DNA of 64,000 bases from an uncultured Fidelibacterota bacterium (lineage in GTDB: Bacteria > Fidelibacterota > Marinisomatia > Marinisomatales > UBA1611): the NCBI GenBank assembly GCA_913040915.1, contig CAJWHW010000008.1:1340-65339 (forward strand), written 5' to 3'. The notes beneath the pieces are model-generated. The model worked only from the letters and a program-made list of their open reading frames with translations. It was not told the DNA's origin and did not search any database. The position numbers and the translations under genes were made by a program. This document shows positions 19,960 to 28,060 of the stretch, one piece after another (position 1 is the first letter of the stretch; the number at the start of each line of letters is the position of its first letter).

Positions 19960-21225
19960 CTAATTGAGACTCAACTTACTAATCAGTAAATCTCTTGCAG
20001 TTATTAAATTAGCTTCATAAGTATCATAGCCATCATGTGCAGGATATAATGGTTTTGCGCCAAGATGTTCAACAACCGTGTCAAGGTCAGCATCAGGAAG
20101 TTTATGAGGAATATATTGCAACGATACAACAAAACCTCTCATTTCTGACCAATACTTATTGTAGTCATTCGAAGCATCAGTATCATCTGTCGGCGTATGA
20201 TCAACAGTAAGTGCTGACATTTTACCATCGGTGCCAACTAATTCATTAATATAATGAACGACATTGGCAGCAGTAAGTTGCTCCCATCTCGTTTTGATCA
20301 TATCAATATGTTCAGCTAATTCAGCTTGACCACCACCATTATGGATGATTGTTCTACCTGCTACAAATGCAGTAAAAATATCTGTTCTGAAATCAAAACT
20401 ATAGCCAGGATTTTCATCCCTTTTTCTTGCATATTCTGCCCAACCAAAATTATATTCTGAAGTAAGATCTACGCAGGCTGTTCCCTGAGCTTGATCTCCA
20501 AGAAAATCACGGTGAGCTCCAAAGTACCCGAAGGCTTCATCCCAATAGTGCTCTGCAGCTGAATATTTTCCACCATCTGAACTTGCTACATCATTAGCTG
20601 GAAAAGTAGATGCATCTTCAAACTTGAGAAGATAAACTCCAATCGCGTTGTATGATCCGACAGCTCCGTAAAGAACTTTATTTATCATTTGTGACATATT
20701 ATGACCATCTTCGTTTGTATAAGCAAGTTTGGTTGCTTCCGTAACTCCATTTGTGGTATAATAATTTCCTATCGAATTAATCCAGGACTCTACAGCTGTT
20801 ACTGCAGTAGCTTGACCGAAACCTTTGATCGCATCAGTATTTGTCTTTCCACTTAGATTTTTACCAGTTGAGATATTATCATATACAAGCTCACAGGCTG
20901 CTGGAGTTGTTGAAATGTATGATGAATTTGATGTTGCATCACCATCAAAGAAATCCATTAAAGCATCTGCCGCCATATAAGTAACGACAGCTGCTCTATC
21001 AGTGGATGCTTTAAGATCTGTGTGAAGCATATTTCGAACAACTTGTCCTGTATAGCTTACACTGCTTTCCCCTTCAACAAACCTACTTGGAAATGTATAA
21101 GAAGTTGGCTGTTCTATGGTCTCATCATGATCATGATCATGATCATCATCTTTTGTATCTTCACAGCCTATCGTTAACATTAGCAGAAACGAAAGGAGGT
21201 ATAAGACTTTTGTGTTTTGTACCAT
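19960..21225 (-). CDS. DUF4856-like surface lipoprotein, iron-uptake associated
   Basis: TIGC lipobox, then DDDHDHDHDE; SSVSYTGQVVR, EHYWDEAFGYFGA, WSEMRGF. Directly downstream of a FecA-like TBDR. Confidence 0.75.
   Translation of the reverse strand: MVQNTKVLYLLSFLLMLTIGCEDTKDDDHDHDHDETIEQPTSYTFPSRFVEGESSVSYTGQVVRNMLHTDLKASTDRAAVVTYMAADALMDFFDGDATSNSSYISTTPAACELVYDNISTGKNLSGKTNTDAIKGFGQATAVTAVESWINSIGNYYTTNGVTEATKLAYTNEDGHNMSQMINKVLYGAVGSYNAIGVYLLKFEDASTFPANDVASSDGGKYSAAEHYWDEAFGYFGAHRDFLGDQAQGTACVDLTSEYNFGWAEYARKRDENPGYSFDFRTDIFTAFVAGRTIIHNGGGQAELAEHIDMIKTRWEQLTAANVVHYINELVGTDGKMSALTVDHTPTDDTDASNDYNKYWSEMRGFVVSLQYIPHKLPDADLDTVVEHLGAKPLYPAHDGYDTYEANLITARDLLISKLSLN
21124..21150. repeat. In-frame (GATCAT)n microsatellite encoding DDDHDHDHD
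   Basis: atcatgatcatgatcatgatcatcatc read directly from the sequence. Confidence 0.8.
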
Positions 21226-21274
21226 TTTGGTTTTCCTTTTTTTATTTATTTAAGTTTTTAAAAAGTTTTCAATA

Positions 21275-23845
21275 TTAGAAAGAATATTCAATACTCATAT
21301 TTATTTGTCTTCGTGGCGCTGGCATAATTCCTGAGCTCATGTCAGGTGCAAGCTGTCTAGGATTAGAATGAAGCCGAGATCCAATGTAGATTTTATCTGC
21401 AATATTCTTTCCGGTTAACAAAATATTTATTTTAGATGTGAAAGAAAATTTTGCTGAAAGATTTACTATACTATATTCATCAATCTGACCTCTGATACCT
21501 TTATTCTCAGGATCAACAATATTTTCAAAATCTGTGAAAACCTTATCTACATATTTAAAATCACAGCGAATTTGGGCAAATTTTGATATTTTTTTATCAA
21601 CCCCAAGGGTTAGTGTGTGACGAGGAGCATATGGTAATTCATTCCCTTTTAGATCTGCAGTCTGACCAGATTTGACGGCAGAATTAATTTCCCCTTCATC
21701 AATTTGAGTATTTAATAGACAATAAATAACATTTAAATCAGGTAAGATTGCTGAAATATTAGATAGGAAAAAATGTGATCCAACTTCCACACCCATTGTC
21801 GTAGCCTTGCCTAGATTTAAAAATGCAGTCCCTCTTCCAGCTGCGATTAAATTTTCAATATCTACATGAAATGCTGCAACTTCATATTTTATTAATTGTG
21901 TTTTATACCTCAGACCAATTTCCTTATTCCAACTAAGTTCAGACTCAACATCCAAACCACCATCTTCATATTCTTCGCCAAAATTAACAATGTTTAATGC
22001 TCCACTTGAAGGTGGTGTATATCCTCTATGGATTCCACCAAAAATATTCATACTAAATAATTGGCTACTAAAGGCCAATCCGGGTAAAATTACATATTCT
22101 GTTTTATCTAGGTAGGTAGATCCAATTAAGCGATCAATTCTTTCTTGCTCAAAGATTTCAAACCTAATTCCTGATCTGATAGTAATACCTTTAAAATTAA
22201 AAGATTCTGAAACATATCCTGAAAAGGCAGTTGTCTCATAATGCTGACTCTTACCAACTATTGTTATTAATGAATCATCATCTGAATAAATCATGTTTAA
22301 CAATGTTGTATCTTTGTCAACAATATAATAAACCCCGTCCCTAGAGTCTGGGTTTAGCCCCTCCTTTCTATCATCGATAAATCGTTCCCAATAAACTCTC
22401 CATCCGAGATCCATTTTTGCAGGATTGTTAAAAATCGCATGTTTTATATCGTATGATGTTTCGAGACCAGCAACATAAAATGTTCTTAGAATTCCAAAAT
22501 TTCTGTGTCCTTGTCCACTATATACGGCTCTTCCATTCTGATAACCAATTTTTGGGTAATTAATTCCTCCCCCAACACGAACTAAATCAATAAAATTGCC
22601 AATATATTTACCTGGTGCCACTTGATCATAAATATTATAGTCATTTTGATCATTGAGAGAATCTGGTAATATGAACATATCATACTCTCTCCACCAACGT
22701 CTATCAAAATAGCTTATAAAACCAGTTGTGTTCTTAGTCACTTTTGAATTAACCTGTTCAGTTTGAATGAGATCGATCGCTGTTCGAAAAACTTTAAAAT
22801 TATCATCTTCTTTGGGATTAAAGTTTGGATCATTATCAAATGAATATTCGGTTAAACCCGTATATGTTGCATTAGAATTCTCATAATTAATATTTGCTTT
22901 AAAGTAAATATTTTTTGTCGAAGATTGATTGTAATTCAATTTAAATGTCGTATTTATTTGCTCAAATCCATTATTCTGTCTGAAACCATCTCCTCTTTTC
23001 AATAGAAACTGTAACTCTGGATTAAGTTTTTTACTACCCCAGCCTCCAATTTCACTAAAAAGACTTGCATAGCCATTCTCACCAGCTGTGAGCTTGAATA
23101 ATCCACCTAATTCACTACGAGGTCTTCTGGTAAAATAATTAATTACACCTCCCATCGTCTGGGGCCCATATGAAATAGAGCCACTACCTTTAATGACTTC
23201 AATCCGGTCAATACGATCTGATGGGGGATTATAGTACATATTGGGATAGACATAAAGTGCTGGCTGAATTGGAACACCATCTTCTAATATAAGAGTCCTC
23301 GAACTTCTTCTTGGATTAAGGCCTCTTATACCAATACTAATTCTTGAGTTGCCTATACCATCATCGGCAAATCCATTAATACCTGGTATATATTCCAACA
23401 TTTCTTGAGTACCAATAGGATTGACAAGTCTTAATGTTTTTATATCCAAAACGGTTGCTGCACCGGGTAGCTCATTATATTCTTTATTTAATTCGCTAAT
23501 GATCTCCAGCTTAGCCATTAATATTGGTTGGATAGATAATACAGCATCAACTATATATTTTTTACCTTCTTCGATTATGATACTCTCTTTGTAATCTTCA
23601 AAACCAATAAAACTTATTTTTATTGTGTAGTTACCGGCTAATATCTCACTGATGGAAAAAAACCCATTTTCATCGGTTGATGTTCCATAATTTTTTCCAG
23701 ATTCACTCTCAAATAATACGTTTGCTCCTTGCAAAGGTAAATTTGTTTCGTCTTTAACAATAGTTCCAGTGATGACTGAATTAATATTAGCTCCGCATAA
23801 AGATCGAGAAAGGATTAGGATTACAATGATTTTTGAATAAGACAT
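21275..23845 (-). CDS. TonB-dependent receptor, FecA-like
   Basis: IGIRGLNPRRSSRTLILEDGVPI, IEVIKGSGSISYGPQTMGGVINY, GNELPYAP, C-terminal YSF. Confidence 0.93.
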   Translation of the reverse strand: MSYSKIIVILILSRSLCGANINSVITGTIVKDETNLPLQGANVLFESESGKNYGTSTDENGFFSISEILAGNYTIKISFIGFEDYKESIIIEEGKKYIVDAVLSIQPILMAKLEIISELNKEYNELPGAATVLDIKTLRLVNPIGTQEMLEYIPGINGFADDGIGNSRISIGIRGLNPRRSSRTLILEDGVPIQPALYVYPNMYYNPPSDRIDRIEVIKGSGSISYGPQTMGGVINYFTRRPRSELGGLFKLTAGENGYASLFSEIGGWGSKKLNPELQFLLKRGDGFRQNNGFEQINTTFKLNYNQSSTKNIYFKANINYENSNATYTGLTEYSFDNDPNFNPKEDDNFKVFRTAIDLIQTEQVNSKVTKNTTGFISYFDRRWWREYDMFILPDSLNDQNDYNIYDQVAPGKYIGNFIDLVRVGGGINYPKIGYQNGRAVYSGQGHRNFGILRTFYVAGLETSYDIKHAIFNNPAKMDLGWRVYWERFIDDRKEGLNPDSRDGVYYIVDKDTTLLNMIYSDDDSLITIVGKSQHYETTAFSGYVSESFNFKGITIRSGIRFEIFEQERIDRLIGSTYLDKTEYVILPGLAFSSQLFSMNIFGGIHRGYTPPSSGALNIVNFGEEYEDGGLDVESELSWNKEIGLRYKTQLIKYEVAAFHVDIENLIAAGRGTAFLNLGKATTMGVEVGSHFFLSNISAILPDLNVIYCLLNTQIDEGEINSAVKSGQTADLKGNELPYAPRHTLTLGVDKKISKFAQIRCDFKYVDKVFTDFENIVDPENKGIRGQIDEYSIVNLSAKFSFTSKINILLTGKNIADKIYIGSRLHSNPRQLAPDMSSGIMPAPRRQINMSIEYSF

Positions 23846-23859
23846 AGAGTAGTAATCAA

Positions 23860-24036
23860 TTAAAATATCTCAGGATTTTCAACATTATTATCTTGAGCCG
23901 GTAAAGAAAGTTTTCCATAGCTTCCTCCACTATCATCAGATTCAGCTTGTGGCGATAGAACAGGGTCATCCTCGCACCCATTAAGCAACAGGGCATAGAA
24001 TAAACCCAAGGATAAAATTTTAAATATTTTATTCAT
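23860..24036 (-). CDS. Small lipoprotein, 58 aa (not in the ORF track)
   Basis: Manual translation MNKIFKILSLGLFYALLLNGCEDDPVLSPQAESDDSGGSYGKLSLPAQDNNVENPEIF*: basic N-terminus, hydrophobic stretch, LNGC lipobox, acidic residues after Cys. Ends 14 bp before the TBDR start. Confidence 0.75.
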   Translation of the reverse strand: MNKIFKILSLGLFYALLLNGCEDDPVLSPQAESDDSGGSYGKLSLPAQDNNVENPEIF

Positions 24037-24054
24037 TTTAGAGCTGAAATAATC

Positions 24055-24195
24055 TTATAGATAAAATTCATTGAAAAATTGACTGAAAACCAAATAGGAT
24101 TTATTTCCATCCTGGATCACAGATAATCCTTTTAATAAACCACTGGAACTGGATCCAAGCACTTTTCTACTAATTCCTATGTTTAATTCTGCCAT
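24055..24195 (-). CDS. Small hypothetical protein, 46 aa (not in the ORF track)
   Basis: MAELNIGISRKVLGSSSSGLLKGLSVIQDGNKSYLVFSQFFNEFYL*, with an AGGA motif a few nt upstream of the ATG. Fills the operon leader without overlaps. Confidence 0.45.
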   Translation of the reverse strand: MAELNIGISRKVLGSSSSGLLKGLSVIQDGNKSYLVFSQFFNEFYL

Positions 24196-24306
24196 TATTT
24201 ATTCCTAATTAATTTTTAGGGGCTCCATTTACTTTATATTGGGATATCTGAGATCCGGATTTTGGAACTAAAGGATTTAGGAGCCCCAGGAGTATAAATA
24301 TAATGA

Positions 24307-24327
24307 TAATGAGACTAAGTCTCATTA
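24307..24327. promoter_or_regulatory. Fur-box-like operator
   Basis: Perfect 10-1-10 inverted repeat TAATGAGACT-A-AGTCTCATTA, overlapped by AATGATAAT. Resembles the Fur AATGATAAT-N-ATTATCATT pattern and sits over the predicted start site of the TBDR operon. Confidence 0.7.
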
Positions 24328-24330
24328 AAA

Positions 24331-24358
24331 ATTATAAAATTAGAAATACAGTTGTCAA
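24331..24358 (-). promoter_or_regulatory. Sigma70-type promoter for the small-ORF/TBDR/DUF4856 operon
   Basis: The minus strand reads TTGACA-16 nt-TATAAT with both hexamers perfect (-35 at 24358-24353, -10 at 24336-24331). Confidence 0.75.
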
Positions 24359-24429
24359 CAATTTTTATTATTATTAAAAGTAATTATTGAAATATATTTG
24401 GAATCAACTCAATTTACATTGTAAAATAT

Positions 24430-24443
24430 ACCGACCAGTCGGT
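24430..24443. promoter_or_regulatory. Probable TetR operator of the fad operon
   Basis: Inverted repeat ACCGAC-CA-GTCGGT just downstream of TAAAAT and 6 bp before the tetR ATG at 24450. Confidence 0.55.
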
Positions 24444-24449
24444 TTGTTA

Positions 24450-25043
24450 ATGAAGCAAAAGAAGCAGGATCAGCGGAAAGATCAAATTATGGAAGCAGCT
24501 TTATCCGTTATAGTTGAAAATGGATATGATCGTAGCCGCGTAGATGATATTGTAGCAACGTCCAATCTTTCCAAAGGAGCCATCTACTGGTATTATAAAT
24601 CAAAAAAAGAAGTGTATTTATCCTTGGTGGATCACTGGGTTAAGAAATACAATGCAGGCTTTATTGACAACCTAGAAAAATACAATACCGCTTCTGCACA
24701 ATTGAAAGGATTATTTGATTATTTCCTTGACCAGTATGATAATGATCCTGCAGCATTCAAGATCTTAGTTGAATTTTGGTCTCTGAGTGGCCGGGACAAA
24801 GACTTTAATGAAAAGTTGCAGAATGTATATTCGGATTTCCTGGAATATCTTGTACGTATCATTCAATACGGCGTGGAAAATGGAGAATTTAGAAATATAG
24901 ATCCTCGAATCACTGCCCTTTCCATTTTAATTAACATTGAAGGAATTAATTGGTTTACCTTATTTGAAAAATCTGGCGTTGAAGCTCAAGAATATATCCA
25001 TACCATTTCAGATTTTATTCTTGCAGGTTTAAAAAAGAATTAG
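24450..25043 (+). CDS. TetR/AcrR family regulator heading the beta-oxidation operon
   Basis: Helix-turn-helix VDDIVATSNLSKGAIYWYYKSKKE. ATG at 24450 preferred over the track's TTG at 24387. Confidence 0.92.
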   Translation: MKQKKQDQRKDQIMEAALSVIVENGYDRSRVDDIVATSNLSKGAIYWYYKSKKEVYLSLVDHWVKKYNAGFIDNLEKYNTASAQLKGLFDYFLDQYDNDPAAFKILVEFWSLSGRDKDFNEKLQNVYSDFLEYLVRIIQYGVENGEFRNIDPRITALSILINIEGINWFTLFEKSGVEAQEYIHTISDFILAGLKKN

Positions 25044-25053
25044 GAAAATAAAT

Positions 25054-26844
25054 ATGCAAAAAGTAAAACAACTATCCATTAAATCAGGTGGACAATGGCT
25101 TATTACTTCTTTAGAAAATGCTAAAGTTTTTTGCAGAGAATCATTTACGGAAGATCATCGTAATATAGATGAAATGATCCGTGATTTTGCAAGAGACAGA
25201 ATCTTGCCAAATGCCAATGCTATTGAAAAACTAGATAAAGACCTCAGTTTAAAATTACTTCGTGAGATGGGAGATTTGGGACTTATTGGAATCGATATAC
25301 CGGAAGAATACGGCGGTGCTGATTTAGATAAAATAACATCCTGTATCGTAACAGAAGGTATGGCCCGTGGCGGTTCTCCATCATTCTCATGTACATTTTC
25401 TGTACAGACTGGAATAGGTAGTATGGGGATAGTATTTTTTGGAACACCAGAACAAAAAGAAAAATATCTCCCTAGACTGACAACGGGTGAATGGGTGGCA
25501 GCTTATGCCCTTACGGAACCTTCTGCTGGCTCAGATGCTCTTTCTGGAAAAACCACAGCTACACTTTCAGAAGATGGAAAATATTATATTCTTAATGGTG
25601 AAAAACAATTTATTTCAAATGGGAGTTGGGCAGATGTCTTTACTGTTCTGGCTCAAGTGGATGGTGACAAATTTTCTGGTTTTATCATTGATCGAGATAC
25701 GGAAGGCTTTGGAGTTGGTCCAGAAGAAAAAAAAATGGGCATGAAAGGTTCATCCACCACATCTTTAAAATTCAACAATGCGAAAGTTCCGGTAGAAAAT
25801 TTATTGTATGATGTAGGTAAAGGGGCTACCATTGCATTTAATGCACTGAATATTGGTCGGTATAAATTGGCAGCAGCCTGTATAGGTGGGACCAAACTCG
25901 GGTTAGAGAAATCAATTGAATATGCCCTAGAACGACGTCAATTTGGTCAACCTATCGCACATTTTGACGCTATAAGTGGAAAAATCGCAGATATGACCGT
26001 TCGGATTTATGCTGCTGATGCAATGCTGTATCACACTGTAGGTCTTATTCAGGATGCTATTGATGACTTAGAAAAATCAGAACCAGACTATTATAAGAAA
26101 ATGGGTGAAATAACAGAAAGATTTGCAGTTGAAGCATCTATGACAAAAGTGTTTGGCAGTGAAACTTCAAATATGGTAGTGGACGAAAGTTTACAATTGT
26201 TAGGTGGGTATGGTTTCATAGAAGAATATCCTTTTGCCAGTGCATATCGAGATGACAGAATTAATAGAATTTGGGAAGGTACTAACGAAATTAACAGAGC
26301 TATTATTACCGGTTATATGATGAAGAAAGTACTCATGGAAGAAATTTCACTTCGGGATTTTCTTAAAAAGAAAGATTCATTCCTAAACTCTGATGTGCTA
26401 GATATGGCTATAGGTCAGTTTCATTTTGAATTACAAGGACTAAATGCAGCAAAAATATTATCAGCTCTGGTTTTTCAGGAAGCGTTGTGTGAATATGGTC
26501 AGGATCTGAAACATCAGCAACAATTATCAGAAGCTTTAGCAGATATGTTCACCTTCATTTACACAGCCGGTTCTGTTCTTTCCAGAGCAAATCAGGCTCA
26601 ATCAGTAAATGGAATAACCAATTACCACATTATAAATGCTCGAATCTTTATTACAGAATCACTGCTGAAAGTGAAATTGTTATCAAATATTTGTTTAAAT
26701 AAAATTTTTAGAGAATCCATTCCGAAAGACTTTAACGCATCTGTTCAATCACTCGAAAAAATGATGACCTTGAATACAGATACTATTTCCTTAAAACAGG
26801 AACTAGCTTCCTTTATGATTACGCAAAATGATTATCCATTTTAG
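25054..26844 (+). CDS. fadE: Acyl-CoA dehydrogenase (Bacillus FadE/VLCAD-like)
   Basis: YALTEPSAGSDA, LNGEKQFISNG, KMGMKGSST, ALNIGR, GGYGFIEEY, RIWEGTNEINR. Confidence 0.93.
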   Translation: MQKVKQLSIKSGGQWLITSLENAKVFCRESFTEDHRNIDEMIRDFARDRILPNANAIEKLDKDLSLKLLREMGDLGLIGIDIPEEYGGADLDKITSCIVTEGMARGGSPSFSCTFSVQTGIGSMGIVFFGTPEQKEKYLPRLTTGEWVAAYALTEPSAGSDALSGKTTATLSEDGKYYILNGEKQFISNGSWADVFTVLAQVDGDKFSGFIIDRDTEGFGVGPEEKKMGMKGSSTTSLKFNNAKVPVENLLYDVGKGATIAFNALNIGRYKLAAACIGGTKLGLEKSIEYALERRQFGQPIAHFDAISGKIADMTVRIYAADAMLYHTVGLIQDAIDDLEKSEPDYYKKMGEITERFAVEASMTKVFGSETSNMVVDESLQLLGGYGFIEEYPFASAYRDDRINRIWEGTNEINRAIITGYMMKKVLMEEISLRDFLKKKDSFLNSDVLDMAIGQFHFELQGLNAAKILSALVFQEALCEYGQDLKHQQQLSEALADMFTFIYTAGSVLSRANQAQSVNGITNYHIINARIFITESLLKVKLLSNICLNKIFRESIPKDFNASVQSLEKMMTLNTDTISLKQELASFMITQNDYPF

Positions 26845-26924
26845 GAAAAAATACAATGAAAATATTTCAACAACATAAATTAGCTTATCTATTGCACCGT
26901 AATAAACGGGCTTAAGGAGATATC

Positions 26925-28052
26925 ATGTCAAGATCAGTCATTATTGATGCAGTACGCTCACCTATTGGTGTGAAAAATGGAAATCTTGTTGGAATTCGCC
27001 CTGATGATCTTTCTGCCCAAGTTGTAAAAAGCCTTTTAGAGCGAATCAAATCTATTAAACCTGAATCTATCGAAGATCTAATCCTTGGTTGTGCTTTTCC
27101 CGAGGGTCCTCAAGGGATGCTTATGGCAAAAAGTGTGGCCATTCTTTCAGGTCTGCCTGAAACAGTTGGCGGTGCAGTGGTGAATCGGTTCTGTGGTTCA
27201 TCTATGGATGCTATTCATCAGCTTAGTGCAAGGATTGAGGCAGATGATATCCAGGCTGGTATAGCAGTAGGTGTAGAAGATATGTTTTCGATTCCAATGG
27301 GAGGTTTTAATCCTGATTTTCATCCAGAATTGGCAGAACAAGAATATTACATCGGCATGGGCGAAACTGCTGAAATATTAGCTGATGAAGGTAATATTAG
27401 CCGTGATGCCCAGGAAGAGTTTTCCATTAAATCCCATACAAAAGCGTTGGATGCTTGGGCAAACGGTAGATTCGATAATGAAGTTGTGTCGATTGATGTT
27501 TATGGTGAAGCCACTGTTGAAAAAGATGAAGGGCCAAGAGATCCAAATATGGAAAAAATTAAAAGTCTGAATCCTGTATTTTTAGAACATGGTACAATCA
27601 CACCTGCCACTTCAAGTCCAATTTCCATCGGCGCAGCTGCCATTTTAATTACAAGTGAAAAATTTGCTGAAGCGAATGGGCTGACTTTTCGTGCAACCGT
27701 AAAAAGTAGAGCTACTGTAGGTGTAGACTGGAAGAGAATGGGTATGGGGCCCATACCTGCAACAGAAAAAGCATTAAAGCATGCTGTCCTTTCATTAGAT
27801 GACATGGATGTTATTGAACTTAATGAAGCATTTGCAGCACAATCTCTTTATGTAATTCAGCAAGGCGGTTGGGATGCATCCAAAGTGAATTTGAATGGTG
27901 GTGCTATTGCCTTAGGGCACCCATTGGGCTGCTCCGGAGCGAGAATAATCACAACACTTATAAACGTAATGGAGCAGCAAAATGCTAAAACAGGATTGGC
28001 CACAATGTGTATTGGAACTGGTCAGGGCATAGCAACAATATTAGAACGATAG
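26925..28052 (+). CDS. fadA: Acetyl-CoA C-acyltransferase (thiolase)
   Basis: [38 protein letters not shown]; TAAGGAG ribosome-binding site. Confidence 0.95.
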   Translation: MSRSVIIDAVRSPIGVKNGNLVGIRPDDLSAQVVKSLLERIKSIKPESIEDLILGCAFPEGPQGMLMAKSVAILSGLPETVGGAVVNRFCGSSMDAIHQLSARIEADDIQAGIAVGVEDMFSIPMGGFNPDFHPELAEQEYYIGMGETAEILADEGNISRDAQEEFSIKSHTKALDAWANGRFDNEVVSIDVYGEATVEKDEGPRDPNMEKIKSLNPVFLEHGTITPATSSPISIGAAAILITSEKFAEANGLTFRATVKSRATVGVDWKRMGMGPIPATEKALKHAVLSLDDMDVIELNEAFAAQSLYVIQQGGWDASKVNLNGGAIALGHPLGCSGARIITTLINVMEQQNAKTGLATMCIGTGQGIATILER

Positions 28053-28060
28053 GAATAGTC

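Noticed and set aside
24219-24290. TPP riboswitch suggested by GGGG...CTGAGA on the plus strand
   Set aside because: The downstream CCTGA/TAAT/GCG.AGG elements are missing and no thiamine gene follows.
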